A DNA stretch of 62,988 nucleotides, filler included, from Platydemus manokwari (GCA_037951405.1; 6 parts of 6 records of this genome joined end to end with filler, not necessarily neighbours in it); one strand, 5' to 3'. Shown: positions 13,331-25,699, counted from the first letter of the whole stretch. Notes: a model not told the origin generated them from the letters alone. Numbers and translations are program-made.

Positions 13331-13423
13331 AAGTGACAATTTTAAAAGAATTTATCGAGCTTTTATACGTTTTTTCTGGTGGATTTACATTGGTTGAGAC
13401 TTTCTTTGCCTTATTCTGATTGG
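13331..13423 (-). promoter_or_regulatory. Pol II core promoter: two CCAAT boxes, TATA box, Inr-like TCACTT
   Basis: Minus strand: CCAAT at 13423-13419 and 13393-13389, TATAAAAG at 13367-13360, TCACTT at 13336-13331; spacing is canonical. Confidence 0.6.
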
Positions 13424-14744
13424 CTGACGAACTATTTTCATGTTATCATTATTATTATTATTACTAATATTATCATTACCATTATTATTACTACTTTTAT
13501 TATTATTGAAGCGAGAATTTCCTTTTCAAAATTCACATATACTACTGGCTCACTATATAGTCCTTCACTTTAAAACATCCAATTAATAGAGATTATATTA
13601 ATCAAATTGTATGTTGTTTAGAAATGATAATTTAATAAGAAAATTTCTTCTTGTTTTAATATTAAACTTTTTTTGTAATTTTAAAATAATTAACTTTGAT
13701 ATTGTAATTTAGTAATGATTTTTAATGTAAATAATCACGGCATTTTACTTAAACAGATGATATATTTATGCTACTTAATCATTTTGAATTTGAGATATTA
13801 ACACATGCAAATCAAGAATATAACGGAAAATAATATCGTAAATTCAATAAATACAATGAAACAATGTAATCTTTTTAAAAATATAATTTATTATAATTAT
13901 ATATTATATTATATAATTATATAATATTTGGAATATCGTCCAAGCAGGATGTTACAACTTCACTTTCGTATTATTCCTTATTTTTCATTTCTTTGTATTT
14001 GTTGTTGATCTGTTTTGTTCATTTACTGTCATTATTGTAAATAGATAATCTTCATTTTTCCGTCCTTAGGCTATCATAATGCGTTAAATGTTAGAAACAT
14101 GTTATATCTTTACAAAATATTATCGTTATCTCATGAAGGGAATAATCAAGTTCTGTATTTTGTGTAAAGCGTTGGTTTTTACGTTGTAATTCAATTCGAA
14201 ATTTTTTTTGAAAGTTTATTCTTCTTTTGTACTAATTTTGAACTAATTTTGTTAATCATCTGAAACCTGAAAACCTAATATGATCATCAGAAAATACTAA
14301 TATTAGACAGCCAGTTCGACATTGGTTTCACAATCAAACATTATAACTCGAATTCAAGAGAAATTTCAAAATGAAAATGGAAATTTTAAAATAAAACAAA
14401 TAAAAAGAATGAATTGCATTTGTTAAAAGAGATTTTAATTGTTTCATGAAATTTATTGAACAACAGAGATTACTATATAATTTCGATAAACGAATTAAAT
14501 TAAACGAATCCGCCACTATTTTTACTATACTTCATTCATCCACACGTTATAAATAATATTTTATGTATTAATTATCTTTTCAACTTTTTATTTTAGATTT
14601 TATTTATCAAATCCTTTTCTTTGATACACTTTCTCTTTGGAATGTCATATCAGCATCAGATCTCTTTTGATGTATTTTCTTGTATTTCAATGTTGTATTT
14701 CTTTTAATTTCTTTTTTTAATTCAGGGTTTTCTTCATTTGGCCA

Positions 14745-14960
14745 AAATCTCAAATGTCCCATATAAATATCTACAGGGTCTGCTGCGTTTTGCATTTAAA
14801 TTTATTCTTCGAGCTAGAACGAATACACTTCATATTGAGGCATCGCCATGGAACGCAAATGAAGAAAGTCAAAAGTGTAGACGTTGCCAAGACGTTTTCA
14901 ATGAGACCATGCCGCATGCTGAGCAACTTTGTAACACGTACTAAAAACTACTCGTCATGA
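14745..14960 (+). mobile_element. RLE-type non-LTR retrotransposon C-terminal zinc-knuckle fragment
   Basis: FILRARTNTL…CRRCQ…ETMPH…C matches the RARxNxL / CxxC…ETxxH…C signature upstream of the RLE domain. Confidence 0.7.
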
Positions 14961-15148
14961 TTAACAAAATTGCTGATTGTCTTCTATAAAATAGAATTGT
15001 TGTAGTGCTCTCCGTTATCTCCATATAATGGTAACGATGGATACACTGAAAAACTTTGTGGAATTAAACCATTATATCGATTTTAGAAAAGAGATTTACA
15101 AATTGAAACCATATTTCAAAATTGTGATTTTGTCAAAAGTTGGCGTTT

Positions 15149-15819
15149 CAAAGAGAAAAATCCAAAACCTGGTCGAATGATGACCATTTGGCAAATATGA
15201 ACATTCAGCGAAAAAACGGCATTCACCTTTGACTCGAATTTCTTAATGAAAACACAAAAATAATATAAATTTATTAACAGATTAAAAACATAAGTAAAAT
15301 ATTATTTTTAAGCAATACAAATAAATATAATACGAAAAGGTCAATATGACACAATTACTATATTCAAAACTATTAACAATATTTTCGAAGTCATTTTTAT
15401 TATCTTTAAATATAACTATAATCATAATAATAATTTGAAATAATTATTATATGAAAAATCAATTAATATTCGAAAGAGAAAAATCCAAAACCTGGTCGAA
15501 TGATGACCATTGAGCAAATTTGAACATTCAGCGATAAAACGGGATTCACTTGTGACTCGAATTTCTTAATGAAAACACAAAAATAATATAAATTTATTAA
15601 CTGATTAAAAACATAAGTAAAATATATTTTGAGCAAAATAATATTTTTAAGCAAACCAAATAAATAAAATACGAAAAGGTAAAATGTGCTTGTCAATATC
15701 TTACAATTACCATATTAAAAACAGTTAACAATATTTTCGAAATCATTTTTATTATCTTAAAATATAACTATAATCATAATAATAATTTGAAATAATTATT
15801 ATATGAAATATCAATTAAT
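15149..15819. repeat. tandem duplication, two ~320-350-bp copies (15149-15468, 15472-15819)
   Basis: Both copies begin aaagagaaaa(a)tccaaaacctggtcgaatgatgaccatt and end tatgaaa.atcaattaata. Confidence 0.9.
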
Positions 15820-15834
15820 AACAAAATTACTTTA

Positions 15835-16638
15835 CTAATCCAAAAACCATTCGTCATCCAATAAATCATCAAAATCGATTCTTTCATTAATATTTCTTGA
15901 CGTACATTTATCAATGAAATTAGCTGCTAGTTTTGATGATTTTATCATTTGCAATGGTTCACATCTTAATGTATCTTCTTCCGAATAAAATGGTTTCTCT
16001 AACTCTAAACAATGGAATACCAAACATCCGATATTAAATACCAAGCTAGGTTTCAAATAATAAAAATTATTACTGAATGATTCTGGGCTCTTGTAACCAA
16101 CGGTACCAACATATGATTTACAAATCGGATCTTCCAAACTACTGTGAAACATATCTTCAAAATCAATGAATTTTATATCCAATGTTCCTTCATTGACCAT
16201 AATGTTTTCTGGTTTAATATCTCGATGATAATACCCTGCTCTTGATAATGTATACATTGATGTGATCACGTTTTTCACTATTTCTCTTATAAAAATTTCA
16301 TCATATTCTCCAGTTATATAATCGAATAAGTCAATCCAAAATCCATTAAGGTATTCCATCGCAATTGTTGACGATTGTTGACCATCATGATAATTGAGAA
16401 ATTTTGGAATAAACTCGTATCCTTTCAACCTTAATAAGAAATGTAATTCTTTTGGTAACATTTGATTATAATCAGAATCGATAACAAACGAATCACTTTC
16501 AAAAGATTTTATAAATGATTTTAAGAGAACTGGATTTGAGTATTGATCTAATGCTCGAATAACATAACTCCTATTCGAATATTTGATGATATCTAAATCA
16601 TAATAATGTTGAGGATTTATACTATCAATTTCTATCAT
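15835..16638 (-). CDS. intronless PIM-like Ser/Thr kinase, 267 aa, atypical (no GxGxxG loop; DFE for DFG)
   Basis: VLLK, PKELHFLLRL, DLFDYIT, HRDIKPENIMV, KFIDFE, GTVGYKSPE and PIM-type subdomain IX without Asp (PSLVFNIG). Confidence 0.8.
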   Translation of the reverse strand: MIEIDSINPQHYYDLDIIKYSNRSYVIRALDQYSNPVLLKSFIKSFESDSFVIDSDYNQMLPKELHFLLRLKGYEFIPKFLNYHDGQQSSTIAMEYLNGFWIDLFDYITGEYDEIFIREIVKNVITSMYTLSRAGYYHRDIKPENIMVNEGTLDIKFIDFEDMFHSSLEDPICKSYVGTVGYKSPESFSNNFYYLKPSLVFNIGCLVFHCLELEKPFYSEEDTLRCEPLQMIKSSKLAANFIDKCTSRNINERIDFDDLLDDEWFLD

Positions 16639-17217
16639 TTTCTCTGATTGAAATGCTGTTGATTGTCGAAAATAAAGGATTAATTTTAAATAATAATAAT
16701 TTATTTGAATATCATTGGTTATAATTGAATAAAATAATAACTCATTTAATACTTGATTATAGTAATACGTATTTCCTAGCTGCCTAATTTGCTAGATTGT
16801 ATTGAACAAAAATTTTATATATAAAAAGTGCCATTGTAACATTTCTCTAAGAATAACACAATCATCGATATAAGCTTAACACAATAACATGAATAATTAA
16901 ATAAAATAATAAATTCATTATCAACTAGTGATATTTCTAGAGTTGTATTTAGAACATGATATCCTGTATAGATCCATTAATATTTTTGGTGATAATATAT
17001 GATATTATTTTATTATTTTTAATTATATATTATCATACATTATAAATTATTATTAACGCACTATTAAAATTAAAACTCATTTCTTTCGATTTTAAATTAT
17101 ATTTCAACATTTACCGTTTTGTAAAACAAATAATTTCGGTTCTTTCTATTTTTCTTCTCAACTCAAAGAATTTTAGATTTACTGTGGTTTTCCACTAAAA
17201 ATGATGGTTCAATCAAT

Positions 17218-18380
17218 ATATATACAACAGCACCACTTTATTATTTTCTTCCTGAATTATATTTTTGAATATTTTGATTCTCTTTTTTCTATTTATAAGT
17301 GTTGTGAATTAAACGCATATTTTGATTTGTTTATGCAGGTTTATTCGAAAATGTATTTCAGCTCTGTTTCTCTATTGCGTTTTAAATTAATTTTTCACAT
17401 TTTTAGTATGTTTCAATTAGTGTATTTACTTTTTATTTTGCAATAAATTTAAAACAATATTGTTTATTTTATTTATCTATTAAACTCCATATCGTGTCTT
17501 ACTTTATCCAGTCAATAAAATTCTTTAAACAATTTCAATAAAATATTAGGTTTAAAACAATATCTTTCTTAATTAATTTTAAATGGAACAATCAATTATT
17601 TACAAATTAAACTCCACATTCATGAAATGATGTTTGTTGAATTTCTTTTTAAATTTTTTGAATTAGCATCGTATTGTTGAGTAAAATAAATAACTTGTTG
17701 AGAACAATAATTAATTGACTCGAATTGGGAGGTATATTAATCAATACACAATTTACAAAATTTTAAATCTTATATACAACAGCACCACTTTATTATTTTC
17801 TTCCTCTATTATATTTTTCAATATTTTGATTCTCTTTTTTCTATTTATAAGTGTTATGAATTAAACGCATGTCTTGATTTGTTTATGCAGGTTTATTCGA
17901 AAATGTATTTCAGCTCTGTTTCTCTATTGCGTTCTAAATTAATTTTTCACATTTTTAGCTTGTTTCAATTAGTGTATTTACTTTTTATTTTGCAATAAAT
18001 TTATTTCTAAAGAACTAAATCAAATTAAATAATAACGAGTTATAATTAGTTATTCAAAATATTGCTTAATAAAGTATCAGCGTATCGCATAATACAATCG
18101 TAATACAGTGAAAGCTAGATAGAATTATTAATATCAATCAAATATTCAGCTATAGAATATTTAAAACAATTTTGTTTATTTTATTTATCTATTAAACTCC
18201 ACATCGTGTTTTACTTTATCCAGTCAATACAATTGTTTAAACAATTTCAATAAAACATTAGGTTTAAAATAAAATTTTTCTTAATATAGTTCTTAATCAA
18301 TGAGACAATCAATTATTTACAAATTTTATTTCACATTTATGAAATGATGTTTGTTGAATTTCTTTCGAGTTTATTGAATT
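17218..18380. repeat. direct duplication (~17218-17663 and ~17772-18380; second copy has ~160 bp extra at ~18001-18160)
   Basis: Near-identical blocks beginning tatatacaacagcaccactttattattttcttcc. Confidence 0.9.
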
Positions 18381-18944
18381 GTGTCATTTGTTTCATTTTG
18401 ATTTGATATTGGTCAATTCCTATGCGTGTGGTTGCGTACCTATATATCCTTTTCCAAATGTACTTCACCATCTAACGACACTATGATTGGTTGATTGCTA
18501 TGCTTATATGGCTGTACAGGCCTGCAAATGTTTGAACTGATACAACAAGGGTCTTGAAATGCAACTTCGTTTTTCTTTTTGCAGAATTCGATCTCACTCA
18601 ATAATGTTGACACACTTAACATTATAAAAGCGATATCATCAAATATTAACTGGTGCTGTAGAGAATATGTATTGATTTTCTTTCAAACGTTATCGATTAT
18701 TCACAAAAATCAAAACTTATTATATTTATTCTTTCTAAATGCAATTTTAATAATAATAAAATAAAATATATTGTTTGTATATCAATTAATTAATTAACTC
18801 ATAAATGCATATTGCGACCAATAATATTGCTGAGTCTATATTTTAACATTATTTTAAAAATAATTACAAATAAAACGAATGAATATTGTTAAAGAATGAG
18901 AATAAGTTGAAAGATAAAGAAATAAATTTATTTTTCTAAAAATA

Positions 18945-19044
18945 NNNNNNNNNNNNNNNNNNNNNNNNNNNNNNNNNNNNNNNNNNNNTTAATTAATTAA
19001 NNNNNNNNNNNNNNNNNNNNNNNNNNNNNNNNNNNNNNNNNNNN
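18945..19044. other. artificial contig spacer
   Basis: N44-TTAATTAATTAA-N44. Confidence 0.98.
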
Positions 19045-19781
19045 AAGAAGGATGTTTCCATTGCATTGAAGCACGCTTTGATTCAGGCTGGTAGTGATGC
19101 ACCCATGATTCGTCCCCAGTAGGGATCCTCCTAATAATCCTGCTAAGCATGTCTTCTCTTTCATCTGCGTATTGAGTGAGATGCTCCAATGACAGGCCTA
19201 ATCGGTTCATTTTGTGTTTGTCCGTCAATTGTCTGGGCACCCACCTTGAACACACTTTCTTAAATTTCAATCGGTCATGCATGATGTTGTATGCTGAACC
19301 ATGTGAGCACCCTATCGCAGCTGCTACAGCGTCTATCGTTACTCGCCTGTCACCTCGAATCATCTCATTAACCCGCTGCACAGATGCGTCTGTTGCAATT
19401 TCAACAGCACGACCAGATCGGATTTCGTCAACAATTTTAGAGCGTCCGTGAGAAAATTTTTCTACCCAGCTATGCACCGCTTTACGGGACAAACAATTGT
19501 CTACATAAACAGGAAGCATTTCCTTATGAATGTCTTTTGCAGGCAGCCCTTTTGCCCATAAAAAACGAACAACAGCACGTTGTTCATTGCTTGTACACTC
19601 TGTAAGTACAGTCGCCATTTTGTTTTTGTGCTGCGCATGCGCATGAGACACCTAGCGCCATCTAGCGCACATAAATATAAAGTTCGATGGTGATATTAAG
19701 TATAAACACCTTTAGAAACCACCTACTGCATTTTCTTGCCACTCAGCATCAATTTGTGACTTACTTATTGACTCCCCCTCG
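19045..19781 (-). mobile_element. mariner transposon: 5' TIR plus N-terminal part of the transposase (ATG at 19618), cut by the contig end
   Basis: TA-flanked terminus cgagggggagtcaataagt; EQRAVVRFL HTH region, RWVPRQLT linker, TGDESWVHHYQPESKRASMQWKHP. Confidence 0.93.
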
Positions 19782-20344
19782 TAGCTACTGCGCTGGTGCA
19801 GTAGACATTTTCATCTCCTTGTGTGTTTGAAATGCTGAACAACCCAATTTCAGATTAGAAGAGTCTGCCACAACTAACAACCCTCCATCGCAAGTGATGA
19901 TAATGACAGCCTCAGTCTTGTGCAGATTTTCTACTATAGGGCAGTGGAAAAGTTGGTTTTCAACTGTTTCATTTGGATGGTCGCAAAGAGAGCATGCTTG
20001 AGATGGGTTAAGATTGTATTTAATTGATATGGTTGTTCAATAATGCAGGTCCTGTTCTTAGTCTGAAAATTGCTTAGGGACAGACCTTTACTTTAAAGGG
20101 AATCTACTCCAATTAGAAATGTATTTGCTTGGTGTATAGGTTACTTTTCTTTTGAAATGTGTTTTTTGTATATACATTAATATGTCTATTTACATCTCAA
20201 AATCAACAAGAATAACCAACACAACAGAAATTTGTATCTTCACGTATAAAATAGGTTGAGATACATTTTGCCACATGTTTATTTAGACAGCTTTTTCTTT
20301 TTCTGTCACGTAATTTGGTTAATCCAGCATTTTTTTTTATTTTT

Positions 20345-20674
20345 ATTCACCAGTTATGAACTTTGCAGGACACCTCAAATGAGACTGAATTTTGCTATAA
20401 TATATTATTTTCAACACAACATGTGACCCTCGCCATACAGGCATTTATTCTCTGGCTTCTGACGCACTCTTCTTTTTATATGTCTGGAATTTCTGATGGG
20501 TAGATTTTTGTGGTAATCACTAGGTCGTCAAATCTCACTACTAAGATCCAGGGACTCTTGAGCGTCATGAGAAATCGTAACTGATTCCTGAAACTATTCC
20601 CTCTTGTAAGGTATGAACTGAGTACTTCTCCCTTTACAATCTGACGCCTTAGCTCTTAGACCACCGAGCTCACC
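20345..20674 (-). mobile_element. tRNA-derived SINE, family A copy 1
   Basis: Reverse complement aligns by eye to 23852-24190 (head gagctcggtggtctaagag, body agagtccctggatct, tail actggtgaa). Confidence 0.8.
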
Positions 20675-20747
20675 AATTAATCCAGTAGCCCTTCAATTCA
20701 TCTCTTCCTTTTTGGTGTTAAGTCAGATGTGTGACTTAGTCATAATA

Positions 20748-21072
20748 TCATCATCATCATTTTCCTTTTATGTCAAGTTTGTCACATAGGGCGGAGGTCA
20801 TAGTTCTCCATGCATCGCGATCCTCAGCTAGTTGTTGTATTTAATTACTTTTCAAATTAACTGCTGTTAGTTCTTTTGTAATTGTTCTTTTCAATGTTGT
20901 TCTTGGTCTTCCTTGTCTTCTCTTCCTGATCGGGGACCACATGAAGACTTGCCTTGGTATTCTGTTTTCATGCATTCTAAGTGCGCAGCCGATGTATGCC
21001 CAGCACCTTCTCCTGATGGTGTTCGTAATGTATTCTTGATTCGTTACTTCTCGCAGTGTTTCATTTGACTTA
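20748..21072 (-). mobile_element. RTE-clade LINE 3' end with (GAT)n tail
   Basis: IRRRCWAYIGCALRM…IPRQVFMWSP..KRRQGRPRTTLKRTI…LAEDRDAWR, followed by gatgatgat. Confidence 0.8.
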
Positions 21073-22155
21073 AATATAATATATCATAATCATAATTTAT
21101 AATCGATTCCTTGTGACATTAGACATAGACTTAACTTACAATCAATATGTTTAAGTGTTGTTGTGTGACCTGCAAGAGCATTGCCAACGACATGAACAAT
21201 GACATCAAAAACAGCAGGTACATAAACCAAATACTGTGCTTCATATAAAATGCGTCCTAGAGAAGAAATGAATATAAAATAAATTACAATAGTCACAAGT
21301 GGCACATAGGGTGGTACTATTAATGTCCATTTTGGACATTTCAGTGCCACATCTTTCAGTTCTTGAATATTATTAAGATTAATTGATTTGATTTATCTGT
21401 TTATAGCTCTTCTAAAAGTTTCTTTTTGTTTACCTCAGTTCATTTCCCCGGTTGATACCCAAACGAGCAATTGTTGAATGATGTTCTGATCATTCTTCTT
21501 AGAAAGTGATTTTTATGTTAGGCCAGCATCTTCTTCTGTTGTTGACTTTCTTTGAGCACAGCGTTGTTGCTTATAAAGTAACACTATTTGACCATTATTA
21601 AAGTTTATACATTTATAAAATATTAATGCACAAAATATTATCACCAAAAATGATGATAAATAATCTTTATCAGCATTGAGTTGGTCCTTTTTAACAGACC
21701 ACTTTTTTATATACTTTTCATTTATTGTCAAGTAGCAGCTTAGCTCATGCTGACCGCCCTGAAAAGTGCATTAATGATGGGAAAGTTGTACTGCTTGTTC
21801 AGTTTTGCGGTTGTGTTGTTTGCATCATATTGATCCAGTACATTCAAATACAGCATGACAGCCCAATTTGTATCTCCCCATGACATTTCACAACAGATAA
21901 GGAAGGATAGAAGAAGAAGAAGCCCATGGTTCTATGATCCAACATTGCTGTATACTTAAGTTTTGTTCAAAAGTGTAACTATGTCTGACTAACAAAACAC
22001 CAAACTTTTACCATAAATAGATCTAGAGCTTTTCTCTTAGAATTGAACAAAATAGTTCTTATGATAATTAACATTGTCTGTATTCATGTGTTAGATATTC
22101 ATATTTTAATTACATTCTACAACAACAAAGAAACCAAAGATATATTTCACCTGAC

Positions 22156-25100
22156 CTTGTTACACGCGACACATTTTGGAAACACCCAGAAATGACACAT
22201 GACCAAGATAAATGTAAACAGCCCCAGTATTAATGCATACACAAGCAGCTGCATAAATGCAAAGTGGTTGTTCTCACCTACACAGTTATTTATCCTTTGG
22301 AATAAAAAAAAGTAGAAAATAACACTAAATGTTGAATGTAAAAATATAAGTAATTCGTTACTGGCCAATAATCAACACATAAAGATTATTAGACATAAAC
22401 ACCACACTGGCAGTCAATGGTGTATGGTGAATCAGATGTGAACCGGTAAATTGAGCCACCCCCATGCTTTTAAAATTACTTGAAAAAAGATTGGAGCACT
22501 TATGGGTGTGTCCCATGTGCAAGGATGATAATCTTTTGACTAATCACTAATCACATAGAGATTATGTATCAACATCATCATCAAAATAATAGGTGGCATG
22601 CAAAACAGTATTGGTGAGCATGTCTCTCCATACTTCAACTGGTCATGAGAAATTATCTTCGAGTGAACTCAGTCAATGCCTGGCTATTAAACATCTTCTC
22701 ATATTGTGTTCCTCTGATTCTTCTACCTTGATCTTACCACGTATCACAATATTCTTCAATCCACCCCTCTTATGGCATTTCAATGGAACTGAGACTGGTT
22801 TAGTGTAGTTTAGTTTAGTCAAATGATTACACACAGTATGAACCTGTAAGTACACCGCTCGCCTCTTAAGGCCACAAAGATGAACTGAAAAGAAATTACC
22901 TGGCTCCTAATGCAATTAAAAAGTTTACAAATTATACATGTACATTAAAACTTGCTATAACAAGATCCTTGGAGCCGGCAAATTTTTCTTATAATAGCAG
23001 AGTTCTCGCTATATCAATTTTAATACAAAGTACATTAGCATGGTTGGAGATGATAACAATTGTCATTAAAATGCAGTTTTCTTTAATCCAATACTAATTA
23101 TAGCGTGTTTCCACTGTATATAACAGTGATGTCCATCTTCTAGGGGCTGGCGGGCCGCATTTCAGTCCCCGACGTAAGAGGCAAATAGAAGTAATAATTC
23201 TTGGGAAATATCTCAAGTTATTGGGAAAATACCGTCTTTACAAAAAATTTGTTTGTTTGTTTACTTGGGAGATAGAGAAAGTTGTGGATGTTATTCATTC
23301 TAAATAAAACATGGTAGAAACAAGGTTGCCAGTCCATTTTTTGTCGACAGAATCTTATAAATTGTGAAAATTAAACATTAAAACTTTAAAAACCTTGGAC
23401 ATTCTTTGAACTTTTTTCTATAAATCAGGGTAATAATTTTATTTCTAGAAATGCGTCGCGGGCCGCACTTTAGACTTTCGCGGGCCGCATTCGGCCTGCG
23501 GGCCACCAGTTGGACATCCCTGGTATATAACATACAGAAATAACTACTTAAACCTATAATTTTACATATTTAAAATAATATTTATGCATATAATTAAAAT
23601 GATAACACATTTTCAAAGATGGTGTGTACAATTTTGATGACATATACAATTTTGAAACAAATCATTCTTCTCCATTCACCTCCAATACAATTAGAATATA
23701 GGATTCTCGGATAAAGTCTGTTGTCTGTTTCAGGACTTCAGCTCTGCCATCCAGCTTCTCCTCTAGTAGGTGATTAAATCATTCAATGGGTGCCATCTGG
23801 ACATACATTGTATAAGACTGCAATAATAGCAGTCCATCACAAGTGATAATAGGGGAGCTCGTTGGTCTAGTGGCTAAGGCGTCGCCTTCTAAAGGGACAG
23901 GTACCTGATTCAAACCCTATGGAGGGGATATTTTTCTGAATCGGTATTTTCTAATGACCCATAAGAGTCCCTGGATCTCTTGGTAGTGGAGAATCAACAA
24001 CCCAGTGATTATCACAAAATCTACCCATCACTAACTCCCGACGTAAATAAGAGTACCTCTGAAGTCGGAGAATATATGCCTGTATGGCTAGGGCCTCTCG
24101 TTGTGGTGAAAAAATAATATATTCACACAAAATTCAGTCTTAATTCATAGAACTGAGACTTCACCAGAGTCAATAGCTGGTGAACTGAAATTAAATCTTT
24201 TTTAAAGTGATGATGATAACAATTTCAGTCTTGTGCAGGTGCATCTAAACCTTGTATGTTGGAAGATGGCTGAATAATCCTATTTGGGCCTTGAAAAGTC
24301 TGCCACAGACAAAAGCTGTACAATGTGAGTGATGATTATGTCTTGTGCAGGTACATTTGTCTTTGGCCTTTTTGCTGGTTACAGAAGGTGTAGCTTGGAC
24401 AGAAGATGTAACTTGAGCTTGATTTTGATTTAAGTGAGGAAGAGTTGCGTAGTTCGTCGACTTCACTCTCTTGCCCTATGCTATGGAATTACCAGTGGCA
24501 TGACATATTCAAGACAACTAAAAGATTGTGCATACTTTGATGCAATAGTTTAGTCTTTCAATCATTAGATGCCATGAAGATACACTTTTTAAATTATTGT
24601 TTATGCTTATAAAAATGTGCATAAATTTTTAGATTGCTCCTGGCCTTGTGTACATGTGGATTGGTACCCCAGGCTGCAGAGCATGTACTTCAGATCTGTG
24701 TTGACTATACCTATGTGAAGCATAGATAGATCAGGAAATCCATAATAGCTACAGCAATCACAAAGCTTTACAGATATCTAATAAATACAGTAAGTTCTTT
24801 TTGTAAACAAAATTGCAGATATAGATGTTATGAACAAAATCAACATCATTCATTGCATATGTAATGATTGATATATTTCTGATACTTATGAAGATAAACA
24901 ATTACCAATTCTGGTGATTAGTAGAAAGATTCCTTGCCCATGGGACACATAGCGCCTACATATGTGCACTGTTCTTCTCCTGAGTACATTAAAAAGTGTG
25001 TGTTAGCTTACTGTATCTGATTCAATATTTGTATTTGACTGCAAACGTAGTGCTCATTTCAGGCCCCATTATGCTTGACCTGACCATCCTTCAGTCTTTC

Positions 25101-25590
25101 CTTAGCATCTGAAACATTATCTCCAAGTAAGTACTCCCTTCAATACTCACTGAGATCATGCAACATATCAACATGGTCAATTGCATGGCCATCAGATATG
25201 GCAACCGTACTAGCAAGATTGCCAGCTCTTTTGTTTCCCTTAATACCTGTATTTTAAACACTTTCAAAGCTTGAGTATGCTTGTGTTATCGATGACCACC
25301 TATATTTTCTTAAGTTTTTATGATACAAATTACCAACATGTATTTTCAAAGACTTAACTCATTCTATACATTTACATCATAAAGTACCTGGTTATTTATG
25401 CTTGCGATATAAATGATGACATATTTTATATAAAGATTGAATATGTGTGTATGAGACATGTCAAATATGAAAGTTCGTTACCAAGGACAATGATGATCCA
25501 TCCTAGTAACACACTGGTCACATCTCCGACAATGATGTGCTCTTGGAGGACGCATGCGCCCGCATGTATGGCATTTATTCCACTTTGATT
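22156..25590 (-). CDS. DHHC palmitoyltransferase (ZDHHC21-like), two internal exons 25590-25482 and 22294-22156; other exons not found
   Basis: Spliced in phase: [31 protein letters not shown]|[20 protein letters not shown]. Confidence 0.9.
22575..22870 (-). mobile_element. decayed RTE LINE 3' fragment
   Basis: [12 protein letters not shown] resembles the RTE C-terminal GLE.++.GKIEG block; short gat tail. Confidence 0.5.
22941..23118. mobile_element. old pogo/Tigger-like MITE
   Basis: Degenerate TIRs ta-cattaaaacttgctataa … ttatagcgtgtttccactg-ta. Confidence 0.5.
23124..23522. mobile_element. hAT MITE
   Basis: TIRs CAGTGATGTCCA / TGGACATCCCTG, perfect TSD GTATATAA, subterminal gcgggccgca repeats. 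Confidence 0.9.
23852..24190 (+). mobile_element. tRNA-derived SINE, family A copy 2
   Basis: A box TGGTCTAGTGG, B-box-like GATTCAAACC, shared ~250-bp body. Confidence 0.85.
24245..24540 (-). mobile_element. RTE/BovB-like LINE 3' fragment
   Basis: [15 protein letters not shown] resembles the terminal CxxCGRxFxxxIGLxSH motif of RTE ORFs. Confidence 0.6.
24910..25260 (-). mobile_element. RNase H-bearing LINE 3' fragment
   Basis: [14 protein letters not shown] (decayed GxxGNExADxLA); similar to 27560-28110. Confidence 0.55.
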
Positions 25591-25699
25591 CTTAAAAGAA
25601 ATCACAAAATCAACCTAGTTTAGTTAAGTAAAAGATTTGTACATAGCACACACACACAAAAGAGACTCACTTATAAAAAAACTATCTTTACAAAACATG

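Noticed and set aside
17218-18000. Coding-looking minus-strand text with TAA stops (alternative genetic code?)
   Set aside because: TGA also interrupts the frame, and PGM2, the kinase and the rapunzel-like gene read and terminate normally in the standard code
18420-18660. Possible transposase remnant (ORF 18440-18622)
   Set aside because: No diagnostic motif that I can support
23852-23925. tRNA gene
   Set aside because: Has A/B boxes but no convincing cloverleaf, and it continues into a body shared by three dispersed copies, so it is a SINE head
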